Shown: positions 37,412 to 47,311 of the stretch, one piece after another | Layout: each line of letters begins with the position of its first letter | Position numbering within the stretch: the stretch's first letter is position 1 | Source: an uncultured Candidatus Saccharibacteria bacterium | GTDB lineage: Bacteria > Patescibacteriota > WWE3 > UBA101185 > 2-01-FULL-41-18 | NCBI GenBank assembly: GCA_964636285.1 | Contig: CAZWQF010000001.1 | Coordinates: forward strand, 76,908-140,907 | Reading direction: 5' to 3' | Length of the DNA stretch: 64,000 nucleotides | Program-made: the position numbers and the translations under genes | The notes under the pieces: model-generated | What the model was told of the DNA's origin: nothing | The model's database searches: none | Seen by the model: only the letters and a program-made list of their open reading frames with translations

Positions 37412-38191
37412 TTAGTTTAAGCTAAAAAGTGTTGAGGCATTTTTGGTTGTTATTTTGGCTACTTCTTCTACGCTTATGCCCCAAATTTCAGCTAGTTTCT
37501 CAGCAACAATTCTAACATTTTTGGGTTCGTTGCGCTTTCCTCTCTCAGTCTGAGGCGGAAGGTAGGGAGCGTCGGTCTCAATTAACACTTTTTCTCTTGG
37601 TATGTTCTTTGCTACTTCAACAAGGTGTTTTGCCGAAGGGTACGTAATAATAGCTGTAAAAGATATGTAAAAACCAAGGTCAATCACTTTTTTTGCTAAT
37701 TCAAGATTCTGTGTAAAGCAGTGGAAAACGCCTCTTAGTTTTTGAGTTTCTTTGTACCTTGAAAGCTCAAAAATGGTGTCTTCATCAGCCTCTCTATTGT
37801 GGATTACAACTGGTAGTCCTAGCTGAACTGCAAGGCCGAGCTGTTTTCTAAAAAGCTCTTTTTGAACTTCTTTTGAGTTTGTTTCTGGCTTATCCATGTT
37901 TGTGTAATCAAGTCCGCATTCGCCAATTGCTACTACTTTTTTGTTTGCTGATAGTTCTTCAAGTTCCAGTCTAAAATCAGAGTTTGGGACAGACTCATGA
38001 GGATAAATTCCTATTACTGCATAAACTTCAGGGAATTTTTCAGCTATTTTTATGGCTTCTTTGCTGTCATCAAGTGATGTGCCAATGCAAATTAATTTTT
38101 TTACCCCTGAATCTGTAGCATTTTTAATAACCTGGTCAATATCGTCTATATATTTTTCATCCTGAAGGTGGCAATGCGAATCAATAATCAT
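37412..38191 (-). CDS. tatD: TatD-family metal-dependent hydrolase / DNase
   Basis: 'MIIDSHCHLQDEKY', '...GECGLDY...', '...HCF...'. Confidence 0.85.
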   Translation of the reverse strand: MIIDSHCHLQDEKYIDDIDQVIKNATDSGVKKLICIGTSLDDSKEAIKIAEKFPEVYAVIGIYPHESVPNSDFRLELEELSANKKVVAIGECGLDYTNMDKPETNSKEVQKELFRKQLGLAVQLGLPVVIHNREADEDTIFELSRYKETQKLRGVFHCFTQNLELAKKVIDLGFYISFTAIITYPSAKHLVEVAKNIPREKVLIETDAPYLPPQTERGKRNEPKNVRIVAEKLAEIWGISVEEVAKITTKNASTLFSLN

Positions 38192-38974
38192 GAAAAAATC
38201 ATATCACAGGGTGGTATAATCTGTGCCATGAATGCAGAACAAAACTCAACAAATGTAGAGCTTGATAAACTTTACGCTGAAGCTCCAGAGGTTTTTCCAA
38301 AAAATATTGCTATTGTCATGGATGGGAATAGACGATGGGCAAGGCAAAGAGGCCTAAGAGATATCGAAGGGCACAAAAAGGCTGTTGATGCAATTAAGCC
38401 CTTGATCAAAAGGGCAGTTAAATACGGAATTAAATCTATTACCTTTTGGGTTTTTTCTACCGAAAACATAAAAAGAGATGAGGAGTTTTTAAGCGATATT
38501 TTTTCACTTGCAAGACAGCATCTAAATAATAGGGGGCTGTTTGGGGAAATAACTGAAATGGGAGGTAAAGTTAAGGTGGTTGGAAACTTAGGTATTTTTC
38601 CAAAAGACATTGCCAAAATGGTTGCAGATTACGTTGCAGAAAGTAATCCAAAAAGCCATCTGATTGATGTAGTGATGGCTTTTGGTTATGGAGGAAGAGA
38701 TGACGTTGTAAGGGCAGTTAAGAACATAATTAAAGATAAATTATCTGAAAACGAGGTGACAGAGCCAATACTACAAAAGTATCTGGACTTTAAAGAAGAC
38801 ATAGATCTTGTTATAAGAACAAGTGGTAGGTATAGAACTTCTGGTTTATATATTTGGCAATCTGCATACAGCGAGCTTTATTTTACTGATACACTTTGTC
38901 CTGACTTTGGAGACGCAGAGTTTGATAAAGCAATTGCTGAATACACCAGAAGAGTGAGAACTTTTGGAAAATAG
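38168..38974 (+). CDS. uppS: Undecaprenyl-diphosphate synthase (cis-isoprenyl transferase)
   Basis: 'NIAIVMDGNRRWARQRGL', '...FSTENIKR...', C-terminal 'RTSGRYRTSGLYIWQSAYSELYF'. Confidence 0.85.
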   Translation: MAMRINNHEKIISQGGIICAMNAEQNSTNVELDKLYAEAPEVFPKNIAIVMDGNRRWARQRGLRDIEGHKKAVDAIKPLIKRAVKYGIKSITFWVFSTENIKRDEEFLSDIFSLARQHLNNRGLFGEITEMGGKVKVVGNLGIFPKDIAKMVADYVAESNPKSHLIDVVMAFGYGGRDDVVRAVKNIIKDKLSENEVTEPILQKYLDFKEDIDLVIRTSGRYRTSGLYIWQSAYSELYFTDTLCPDFGDAEFDKAIAEYTRRVRTFGK

Positions 38975-38977
38975 AGT

Positions 38978-39349
38978 TTAAATCCCTGGGTCTCTTTTGC
39001 CTGCAAACTTGTAGATTGAAAAGTAAAGAATACATAGAAGGAGTAGGTTCAGCGCATTAAATGCATGAAATACTCGTAGAATCCCTATAACTACAATAAA
39101 GCTCGATAGAAAAAACGCTACTTTAAATGCTTGTCTATACAGTGGCTTGAGCTCAGACATTCTGGGAGCCTTTTTATATAAGCGATAGTACACGGGGATT
39201 GAAATTAAATGGGATAAAAAAAGTAGAAGTAGCACAAAAAAGGCTACAAGACCGGTCTTGCTTGATGGGGATGTAAAAAAAATTAGGTAGAGTAGACCAC
39301 TAAAACTAAAGAGAGTGATGGCAGTTACGGTTACCAGAAACTTTGGCAT
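38978..39349 (-). CDS. Small hypothetical membrane protein (4 TM)
   Basis: ORF track, hydrophobic. Confidence 0.45.
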   Translation of the reverse strand: MPKFLVTVTAITLFSFSGLLYLIFFTSPSSKTGLVAFFVLLLLFLSHLISIPVYYRLYKKAPRMSELKPLYRQAFKVAFFLSSFIVVIGILRVFHAFNALNLLLLCILYFSIYKFAGKRDPGI

Positions 39350-39383
39350 ATTTGAATAATAACATCCTGTTGTATACTCTAGC

Positions 39384-42300
39384 TTGATGAAAAGATTTCC
39401 CTCAAATTTTGATTCCTTATATAAAAATCTTAATCAGAGCCAAAAAGAAGCTGTGGACGCCATTGAGGGTCCAGTTCTTGTAATTGCAGGGCCTGGTACA
39501 GGTAAGACTCAAGTTTTGACCATGAGAATAGCAAATATTTTAAGGCAGACAGATACACCTTCTTCTGCAATTCTTGCACTTACTTTCACTGAATCAGGCG
39601 TTAAGGCAATGAGGGAGAGGCTCCTTTCTATCATTGGTCCAGAAGCTTACTATGCGGGGATTTATACATTCCATTCTTTCTGTTCAGATGTGTTAAAAAG
39701 TAATCCAGATAGCTTTGTTGTTGCTGAGGATTTGGAGCCTTTATCAGATCTTGAAAGAATCCAAGTTTTTAGAGAAATAATTGATCAAGGCCAATACAAA
39801 GTTATTAAGCCTTTTGGAAGCAGGTACTACTATGTCAGAGCATTAATCAAAACAATTCAGGACTTAAAAAGAGAAGGCATTTCTCACGAGGAATTTTTGG
39901 ATTACATTAAAGCCTCCGAACTTGAAGAGAAAGAATTACTTAAGTTAACCGAAGTAGCTGACGTATACAAAAACTACCAAAACAAAATTTTATCTAAAGG
40001 GAGGTACGACTTTGAGGACATGATATCTCTCGTAACGGAAAAGCTTGAAAAAGATGAAATGCTTCTTAGAGATTATCAAGAAAAATATCTGTACATACTG
40101 GTGGATGAGTATCAAGATACAAACTCATCGCAGAATAGGGTAGTTTCAATGCTTGCAAACTTTTGGGGGCAGGACGCAAATGTTTTTGCAGTAGGGGATG
40201 ACTCTCAATCAATTTATAGGTTTCAAGGGGCATCAATAGAAAACCTATTATATTTTAAAAATCAATTTCCTGAGGCAAGGGTTGTTGTATTAAATGAAAA
40301 CTACAGAAGTCAAAGTTTGGTTATTTCATCAGCAGACGATGTAATAAAAAATAATGAAGTTAAGATCAGCGATTTTATAGAGGGTATAGATAAGACCCAA
40401 ATTTCAAAAGCCACTTATCCTCCGTTGCCAATTCAAGTAGGGCATTTTTCTTCCGGAATCACAGAAGGGTTTTACGTTGCACAAAAGATAAAGGAACTAA
40501 TTGATGGCGGAGTGCCTCCATCTGAGATTTCGGTAATTTACAGAAATAATTCTGATTCAAGGGACTTTACTGATTTATTGTCCAAAATGAATATAAACTT
40601 TAATTTGGTTGGAGGAGAAAATGTGTTGGAAAATCATGACATAAACAAACTCCTAAAACTTTTTAACGTGATTCTTAAAGCAAGGACAAAAGACGATGAC
40701 TTGGATTTATTCACAGTTTTAAATTATGAGTTTTTAAAATTTGATTACGTAGATGTGTTGAAGTTATCAAGATTTGCCAGTGAGAAAAAGTTAAATTACA
40801 TAGAGGCAATTGAGCATCCAGATTTTAGCATTCCTGGAAAAATAAAAGATCCGGAAAAATTCAAAGTCTTCCTTCAAAAAATATATGAATGGCAGGACCT
40901 TGATTCAAATGTTGCTTTCACTCAGTTTTTTGAAAAAGTGCTGGAACATTCTGGCTTTTTGAACTGGGTTTTGGAGTCTTCAGATTCTATTGAGAAATTA
41001 AATAAACTTAACTCTCTTTTTGCTGAGATTAAAAGGTTAAATATTGCGGATCATTCACTAAACTTAGAGAAGTTTATGATAGATGTCTCAATTTTAAGAG
41101 AAAGCGGAATTCCAATAAACGAAGAAGACTTAAATATTAGAAATAACTCTGTCCTCTTAACTACAGCCCACAGGTCAAAAGGACTTGAATTTGAACATGT
41201 ATTTATAGTTAAGTGTTTTGATTCAAAATGGGGTAACAATAAAACTCGTGAACTAATTAAGCTTCCAGAAGGCCTTATTACATCTGCTCTGACAAACTTT
41301 AAGAAAAGTGAGTATGTTGAAAAGGCCAAAGCAGCTCAAAAAGAAAAAAATGAAGACGAGAGGAGGCTCTTCTATGTAGCTTTAACAAGAGCAAAAAAGG
41401 CAGCCTACATAACATACGCAGATTCCTACTTTACAGAAGGTTCACAAAAAGAAGCAGTTCCTTCAATGTTCATATCTGAAATTCAAGAAGAAAAGAAAGA
41501 GAAAATCAATGTTGAAAAGTACGAATCATCTGTAAAAGAAATTCTTAAAGACTTAATATCTCCTATTCAAAAAACAAATATTTCCATTGATGAGAAAGAC
41601 TTTCTCAAGACGGTAATTGCTAATTTCTCACTTTCCGTTACAGCACTTAATACATATCTTGAATGTGCATATAAATTTAAGCTAAATAATCTTCTAAGAA
41701 CGCCAAGAGCCAAGAATAAGCACATGTCATTTGGAACAGCTGTTCATTTTGCACTGGATAAGTTTTTCAAACTTTACCGTGATGAGAAGACTCTTCCCTC
41801 TAAGGAAATGTTAGTTGACACATTTAATCAAGCTCTGGCCAATGAAGTTTTATCAAAAGTTGATTTTGATGAGTGTACAGAAAAGGGTGCAACTGTGCTA
41901 AACGCATATTATGAGTTCCATAAGGCATCCATGGGTAAACCTATGCTTACAGAAAAGTTTTTTGGGTATGGGTACGGAAAGATTTTTCTTGATTCTGACA
42001 TTCCACTTAATGGAAAAGTAGATAAAATTGATATCATCGATTGGGACAAGAAATTAGTTAAAGTTGTTGATTATAAGACCGGATCCCCTAAATCTAAAAA
42101 TGATATTGAGGGTAATACTAAATATTCTGATGGTGGTTATAAAAGACAGCTAGTTTTCTATAAACTTCTAGCAGATCTTGATAAAACATTTACTTACACT
42201 GTTGCTGAGGCTGAGCTTGATTTTGTTGAGCCTGATAAAAAAGGACAGTTTGTAAAACACTCTTTTGAAATATCCGAAGAAGAAGTCTTAAATCTCAAGA

Positions 42301-42449
42301 AGATCATTAGGGAAGCCATGACTGGGATACGAGCTTTCTTATTCGAAAGAACTACTAACTATACCACATGTTCAAATTGTGAATTTAAGGATCACTGCTG
42401 GCCTAATGGTTTACCAAAACCACAACAGCAAGAACTAGCATTGGAATAA
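39384..42449 (+). CDS. UvrD/Rep-type SF1 helicase fused to a C-terminal PD-(D/E)XK nuclease domain with a Cas4/AddB-like Cys4 (Fe-S) signature
   Basis: 'VLVIAGPGTGKTQVLTMRIANIL' (Walker A / motif I), 'ILVDEYQDTN' (motif II), 'TAHRSKGLEF' (motif V/VI). C-terminal 'VDYKTG' and 'ECAYKF ... CSNCEFKDHC' (C-xn-CxxCx5C). Confidence 0.75.
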   Translation: MMKRFPSNFDSLYKNLNQSQKEAVDAIEGPVLVIAGPGTGKTQVLTMRIANILRQTDTPSSAILALTFTESGVKAMRERLLSIIGPEAYYAGIYTFHSFCSDVLKSNPDSFVVAEDLEPLSDLERIQVFREIIDQGQYKVIKPFGSRYYYVRALIKTIQDLKREGISHEEFLDYIKASELEEKELLKLTEVADVYKNYQNKILSKGRYDFEDMISLVTEKLEKDEMLLRDYQEKYLYILVDEYQDTNSSQNRVVSMLANFWGQDANVFAVGDDSQSIYRFQGASIENLLYFKNQFPEARVVVLNENYRSQSLVISSADDVIKNNEVKISDFIEGIDKTQISKATYPPLPIQVGHFSSGITEGFYVAQKIKELIDGGVPPSEISVIYRNNSDSRDFTDLLSKMNINFNLVGGENVLENHDINKLLKLFNVILKARTKDDDLDLFTVLNYEFLKFDYVDVLKLSRFASEKKLNYIEAIEHPDFSIPGKIKDPEKFKVFLQKIYEWQDLDSNVAFTQFFEKVLEHSGFLNWVLESSDSIEKLNKLNSLFAEIKRLNIADHSLNLEKFMIDVSILRESGIPINEEDLNIRNNSVLLTTAHRSKGLEFEHVFIVKCFDSKWGNNKTRELIKLPEGLITSALTNFKKSEYVEKAKAAQKEKNEDERRLFYVALTRAKKAAYITYADSYFTEGSQKEAVPSMFISEIQEEKKEKINVEKYESSVKEILKDLISPIQKTNISIDEKDFLKTVIANFSLSVTALNTYLECAYKFKLNNLLRTPRAKNKHMSFGTAVHFALDKFFKLYRDEKTLPSKEMLVDTFNQALANEVLSKVDFDECTEKGATVLNAYYEFHKASMGKPMLTEKFFGYGYGKIFLDSDIPLNGKVDKIDIIDWDKKLVKVVDYKTGSPKSKNDIEGNTKYSDGGYKRQLVFYKLLADLDKTFTYTVAEAELDFVEPDKKGQFVKHSFEISEEEVLNLKKIIREAMTGIRAFLFERTTNYTTCSNCEFKDHCWPNGLPKPQQQELALE

Positions 42450-42471
42450 ATAAATTAAAATTATATAAGTA

Positions 42472-42882
42472 CTATCTTGGTCCTGAAAGTTTCACTGAAA
42501 TCTTCATCTCTCTTACTTTACCCTCACCGTCTTCAATTGTAAGAAGTGTATTTTGTCTGTAGTACTCAATAAGTTCTAGAGATAATGTTTCTTTTGCCTC
42601 TTTAATCTCGTCTCTTTTTTCTTTCATGTCTCCCAAGATCCTTTTTACGTCGGGCTTATCTTCAACCTTATTCTTGGCTACTTTTGCCTCTTCTCGCATT
42701 TTTGCCTTTTCTTCTTCTGCTTTTGCATAACTTGGGTCATTTTCCATGGCGTCTTTCACCATTTCTGAAAGTGTCCTAAGTTCTTTTTGTAAATCTTCAA
42801 TAATTTGAATTCTTTTTTGAATTGATGATATATCCATGCCAAAGAGTGTAGTATAACCAATCGTTGATTTCAATGACTTCAA
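42472..42882 (-). CDS. Hypothetical coiled-coil protein, translationally coupled (ATGA overlap) to the upstream FemAB-like gene
   Basis: ORF track. Lys/Glu-rich helical sequence. Confidence 0.45.
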   Translation of the reverse strand: MKSLKSTIGYTTLFGMDISSIQKRIQIIEDLQKELRTLSEMVKDAMENDPSYAKAEEEKAKMREEAKVAKNKVEDKPDVKRILGDMKEKRDEIKEAKETLSLELIEYYRQNTLLTIEDGEGKVREMKISVKLSGPR

Positions 42883-43748
42883 GAAAAAATGTTGAGAAGT
42901 GCTATCTTTGAATGTATTAAAGGGAATGTAACCTTTGGAGCCCCAAATTTTTCTTTAAAAGAAGAAAATTTAACCCACTCTTTAGCTAATTTAGGAACTC
43001 TCTCGTCATAAGCGCCTTCAAGGTCAAAATATTTAAACCCTTTTGATTTAAAAAATAATATTGCCTCCCATACATTTTGATAACCAGACTTTGTTTTTTG
43101 CGCTTCATTTGAGAAAGCCCCTAATAAGTACCAAACCCCGTCTCCGTATGTGACGCAAAGCTTTGACACCATAAGCTCTCCATCTTTATTGTATGTGTTG
43201 ATTAAATAACTTTCGTTTCCAAAAACCTTTACTTTGTACTTTATGTCTTTAAAGCTTTGTGTGGAGAATCCTCTTTTTCCTCCAGTAGCTTTATGCATTT
43301 TGTAGAATTCTTCTACTTGTTTCTCATTTGGTGATGGAAAAACCTTTGTAATATCACCTTCTCTGAAGGATCTGTTCACTGAATATTTTGCGCTAGTGGA
43401 TAGTGCTTTTTTTAATTCGTCTTCAGATTTTGTTAAATCAACAATAAAGGTTTTTGAGGGAAGGTTTGGTGCAATGCTTTGTTTGTATCCAAACTTGTTT
43501 AAGATTTCAGTATCTTGGCCAATATTCCCTTCGATTTCAATTAAGATGGAGTTACTCTTCTTATTAAGCTCCTCAATTTTCACTAAGTCCTCAGATGTAA
43601 GAAGCTTTGCCCTTTGCACTTTTGCAAAACTGAAGAACCCTAATTTTATGTATCTATAAATAAGGTTGTCGCAGATATTTTCTGAGTTCCAGTTGTAAAA
43701 TTTAAGGTATTCAGACCATTTAGGGGACTGTCTTACATCAAGATGCAT
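42879..43748 (-). CDS. FemAB-family (aminoacyl-tRNA-dependent peptidyltransferase-like, GNAT fold) protein, paralog 1
   Basis: N-terminal 'QSPKWSEYLKFYNW...' and overall similarity to the two paralogs at 45139-47023, one of which has a clear FemX/MurM N-terminal signature. Confidence 0.55.
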   Translation of the reverse strand: MHLDVRQSPKWSEYLKFYNWNSENICDNLIYRYIKLGFFSFAKVQRAKLLTSEDLVKIEELNKKSNSILIEIEGNIGQDTEILNKFGYKQSIAPNLPSKTFIVDLTKSEDELKKALSTSAKYSVNRSFREGDITKVFPSPNEKQVEEFYKMHKATGGKRGFSTQSFKDIKYKVKVFGNESYLINTYNKDGELMVSKLCVTYGDGVWYLLGAFSNEAQKTKSGYQNVWEAILFFKSKGFKYFDLEGAYDERVPKLAKEWVKFSSFKEKFGAPKVTFPLIHSKIALLNIFS

Positions 43749-44465
43749 ATTGATAGTATTATTGCATATATGTTTTTATTTGATAGGTTCAAACCAAAAG
43801 TACTGTTTGAAAAAGAATCAAGTTTTAACGGTCACGTAAAGGTTTTAAAGTTCTATTCAGGGATTGTAAATTTATATGCCGATGGGATTATTCAGTCCAC
43901 TTCGTACCACAATAGGATACCTAGCGGTTACTGGAAAAAAGTACTAGATATTATTAAATCCAAAACAAAACCTGAAGATATAAAAACGGTGCTAGTTTTG
44001 GGATTAGGTGGGGGAACTATTCAAGGAATTTTGGCAAAAAACCTGAGTCTTGATCGAATAGATAGCGTTGAAATTGATCCAGTAATGATTGAGGCGGCTG
44101 AAACGTTTTTTGATCTTTCAACTGTTAAGAATCACAAAGTATTTGAAGGCGAAGTAGTAATGGCACTGAAAGACCCAGTTGGTGCAGGGTTGCTTGAAAA
44201 ATATGACCTTGTTATTTCAGATGTTTTTATTGGAAGTGCATTCAACAACAGATTTGATGCTAACCAAGACTTAACCAAATACGCCAAGCTTATTAAAGAT
44301 AGGTGTAACAAATTTGTTCTTTTTAATTCTGTTTTCTTGAAATCAGATAAGGAGGGTATTAAGAAATCGGATATAGCACTTAAAAGTGTTTTCTCAAATT
44401 TAAAACACACACCCTTTACCTACCCAGTTATGTCTGACAATCATTTATTTTACTCAAGTATTTAG
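43743..44465 (+). CDS. Spermidine-synthase-like class I SAM-dependent methyltransferase / aminopropyltransferase fold protein
   Basis: 'VLVLGLGGGTIQGI...IDSVEIDPVMIEAAETFF' Rossmann SAM motif. 'DLVISDVF'. Confidence 0.55.
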   Translation: MHIDSIIAYMFLFDRFKPKVLFEKESSFNGHVKVLKFYSGIVNLYADGIIQSTSYHNRIPSGYWKKVLDIIKSKTKPEDIKTVLVLGLGGGTIQGILAKNLSLDRIDSVEIDPVMIEAAETFFDLSTVKNHKVFEGEVVMALKDPVGAGLLEKYDLVISDVFIGSAFNNRFDANQDLTKYAKLIKDRCNKFVLFNSVFLKSDKEGIKKSDIALKSVFSNLKHTPFTYPVMSDNHLFYSSI

Positions 44466-45098
44466 TTACTTTGAGATAAATATTTCAGTTTCAGGAAGTC
44501 TGAATTTTTTGGCTTTTGCTAAAAAGTCTTCAGCTGACCTAAATCCAACAGGACAAATAACAACCGAATGAAGTCCTTGAGCTTTTATTCCAAGAACCTC
44601 ATCAAATCCCTCAGGATCAAAGCCTTCCATTGGACACGCGTCAATTTGGTTCTGAGCGGCCGCGTTGAGTAAAAATCCAAGGCCTATGTACGCCTGTTTT
44701 GCTGCCCATTCTTGCTGCTGTTCTGGTGACATTACTTTTGTGAAATTAACCATCATGTCTTTATATGCAGCTAATGCTTCTACTTCCATGCCTTTATCCT
44801 TAGCTACTTTTTCAATAAATTCTTCAATGTACTTTTGAGTAACAGTGGTTTTTGCTGCAAATACAAAAAGATGGGAAGAGTCACTTACTTGTGCTTGCCC
44901 GTATGCCTTTGCAGTGAGCTGTTCTTTTAAGTGCTGATTTTCTACAACAATTACTTTGTAGGGCATTAGTCCAAAGGATGTAGGTGTTAATCTAACTGCT
45001 TCGGTTAAAAGCAAAACCTGTTCTTTAGAAAGTTTCTTACTTGAATCAAATTTTTTTGTGGCGTATCTCCAGTTGAGATTACTTAAATAATTATTCAT
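44466..45098 (-). CDS. Nitroreductase-family NAD(P)H-flavin oxidoreductase
   Basis: 'NWRYATKKFDSSKKLSKEQVLLLTEAVRLTPTSFGLMPYKVIVV' is a typical NfsB-like N-terminus. Confidence 0.75.
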   Translation of the reverse strand: MNNYLSNLNWRYATKKFDSSKKLSKEQVLLLTEAVRLTPTSFGLMPYKVIVVENQHLKEQLTAKAYGQAQVSDSSHLFVFAAKTTVTQKYIEEFIEKVAKDKGMEVEALAAYKDMMVNFTKVMSPEQQQEWAAKQAYIGLGFLLNAAAQNQIDACPMEGFDPEGFDEVLGIKAQGLHSVVICPVGFRSAEDFLAKAKKFRLPETEIFISK

Positions 45099-45138
45099 TA
45101 AGGGATTATGTAGTTTATATTGATATTAGTCAATATGA

Positions 45139-46029
45139 CTAGAATGGGAGCCGCCCCATTTTCTGTTCGATTTTTTGAATTAAGGGCATTGTAGTTTTTG
45201 TGTATGGGAATGGAAATAAAACCTCATTTTTGCAATACATTTTTTTAAAATGCGAAAAACCAAGCCATGAGTCCTGAACTTTTCCAAACCTTTCGTCAAA
45301 AATGCCTTCCAAATCAAATTCTGAGTATCCACACTCTTTAAGTTTTTTTATTGTCTCAAACATATTTGTATGACCTGCATTTCTCTCTCTTCCTTCTTTT
45401 GAAGTTCCTGCGTATATCAAATAAGCTCTCTCATCAACAATAAACGAAAGAGTAGCGGCAATTGGCGTTTTGCCCATTCGTGTGACTAAAAGTTTTGAAT
45501 CCGAGGCAAAGGCCGTTGACTGTTTATGCACTTCCGCAAAACTTGGCAAACCAAATTTTTTAAAGTTGGCACTATCCTCAAAAGTGTCATAAGCATCAGA
45601 AAGTTCTTCGTAGCTTGGATTGACGCAGAAGGAGTGTGTGATATCTGAGTTTTCTGCTTTTCTTAGTATTCGTTTTACGTTAGTTGAGAAAGTTTTTTTA
45701 ATATCTTCAATTTTTGGAGATAAGTTTAAAATCACTGTTGAGGAGGGAATTAAAGGAGATAAACTTTTAACATATCCGTGTTCCTTTAAAAGTTTAACTT
45801 GCTCGTCATTCTTTGGCTCAATCTTAATAAATAGTGTTTTCTCTTTACGGGAAATATCATCAACTGCTTGAATGAATTTTTCTGAAATAATATCTGGTCT
45901 TTGGATTTTAATCAGCGAAAATGGCCCAATTTTTTTAATAAATACATAATTATCTTCAATTAATTCTGTAATCCATCCAATTTCCCTCAAATATTTTGCC
46001 CAATTTTGAGATTGTCTTAAATCTTTCAT
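45139..46029 (-). CDS. FemAB-family protein, paralog 2
   Basis: 'LRQSQNWAKYLREIGW...' N-terminus. Co-linear with paralogs 1 and 3. Confidence 0.55.
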   Translation of the reverse strand: MKDLRQSQNWAKYLREIGWITELIEDNYVFIKKIGPFSLIKIQRPDIISEKFIQAVDDISRKEKTLFIKIEPKNDEQVKLLKEHGYVKSLSPLIPSSTVILNLSPKIEDIKKTFSTNVKRILRKAENSDITHSFCVNPSYEELSDAYDTFEDSANFKKFGLPSFAEVHKQSTAFASDSKLLVTRMGKTPIAATLSFIVDERAYLIYAGTSKEGRERNAGHTNMFETIKKLKECGYSEFDLEGIFDERFGKVQDSWLGFSHFKKMYCKNEVLFPFPYTKTTMPLIQKIEQKMGRLPF

Positions 46030-46030
46030 A

Positions 46031-47023
46031 TTAACTTCTAGTCATTCTTAGGAGTTTCCATCTAACGTCATTTACAAAGTTGAATGTGTTGTAAATTGCT
46101 GGGTTGATTACAAGGTCGTAGGAATCAACATAAATTATATGCTCGCCACCAAATCCAAGTTTAAAGTTTGTAAATCCATACCACTCGTCAGTCTTGTCCT
46201 CTGGATTAACAGAAGCTCCCCACATATCAAATACCTTGCATCCAGAAAGTTTGCCCATTTTAATTGCTTCCCAGCAGAGGAGTTCGTTTGGAAAAAAGTT
46301 TTGGTGTTTGTTTGTTGAACCTCCATAAGGGTAATAGAGAACACCTTCAAATATAAAAAGCATCCAGGAAGAAATGCATTCATTGCCAAGTTTGGCTGTG
46401 GCAATCTTTGCAATCCCTGCACTGGAGAGGAGTTTATACATTGTTTGGTAATATTCAATTGGCTTTACATAGAACTTTTGCCTTAAGGCTGTTTCGTTGT
46501 GAATTCTGTAAAAAGTTTCAAGGGCCTCTTCTGATTTTTGCCCCTGAGTACCGTCATCAAAATCAATTACAATCCCTGATTTTTCTGCTTTTTTAATGTT
46601 GTACCTTTTTTTGTGGTGCATTGCAGAAAGCAAATCTTCCTCGGATTTTGTGAGGTCAAGCAAAACATTTCCTTGAGCAAATGTAGTTTTTTTGGCTTTT
46701 GATGCGTTGCTTGTCAAAATATTTTCTAGGCTGTCACTAGTGCTGTTTTTAATAACCATTGGACAATCTAGATTGATATAGGCGCACCCCTCTTTTTGCG
46801 CAGACTCTTTAAGTTTTTCAAAGTCTATAGTTTCAGGATTAACTTTTGGAGCGTATCCAACATAAAAATTTGTGAAAGGGATTTTGTGTTTTGTGTATTG
46901 GACGCCTCCAGCCCTAACTGCTGGAGTGCCGTAATTTGTCTTAAATTCACCCCACTTTTCCGACTGGAGAAAGTGTTTGTAGCTTGTCATCACAGCAAAA
47001 TTATAGCATAGTAAATTCAACAC
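46031..47023 (-). CDS. FemX/MurM-like FemAB-family peptidoglycan peptidyltransferase, paralog 3
   Basis: 'SYKHFLQSEKWGEFKTNYGTPAV' closely matches the FemX/MurM N-terminal 'FLQSxxWGEVK' signature. Confidence 0.65.
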   Translation of the reverse strand: MLNLLCYNFAVMTSYKHFLQSEKWGEFKTNYGTPAVRAGGVQYTKHKIPFTNFYVGYAPKVNPETIDFEKLKESAQKEGCAYINLDCPMVIKNSTSDSLENILTSNASKAKKTTFAQGNVLLDLTKSEEDLLSAMHHKKRYNIKKAEKSGIVIDFDDGTQGQKSEEALETFYRIHNETALRQKFYVKPIEYYQTMYKLLSSAGIAKIATAKLGNECISSWMLFIFEGVLYYPYGGSTNKHQNFFPNELLCWEAIKMGKLSGCKVFDMWGASVNPEDKTDEWYGFTNFKLGFGGEHIIYVDSYDLVINPAIYNTFNFVNDVRWKLLRMTRS

Positions 47024-47080
47024 GTGATTATTATACTAACCTATAGTATAATATATCTAATAAAAGGAAAGGAGCCTGAA

Positions 47081-47302
47081 ATGGCTTACGATAGGGAAGA
47101 AGAAGGGTTTGGGGTTGCGAGCCCAGATGAAGCCAGCAGAATGAGGCAGTACGCTCGGACTCAATCTGCTCCGTCGAAACTGGTGGCGAGGAGCGGCACT
47201 CGCTATTGCCCTAAACACCCCTTGGATAGACTTCGAGCGGTGAATGCCTCCAAGAAGTTCGTCTGCGATGTGCCGGGATGTGGACATTCAGAGCGCTTCT
47301 AG
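47081..47302 (+). CDS. Small (73 aa) strongly GC-rich ORF encoding an Arg-rich, Cys/His-containing (zinc-ribbon or C2H2-like) protein. A good GGAGG-type RBS precedes it. Start taken at Met (MAYDREEEG), not the tool start 47024.
   Basis: 'aaaggaaaggagcctgaaATG'. 'RYCPKHP...FVCDVPGCGHSERF'. Composition sharply different from flanks. Followed by a hairpin. Confidence 0.4.
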   Translation: MAYDREEEGFGVASPDEASRMRQYARTQSAPSKLVARSGTRYCPKHPLDRLRAVNASKKFVCDVPGCGHSERF

Positions 47303-47311
47303 GGCCTAAAA

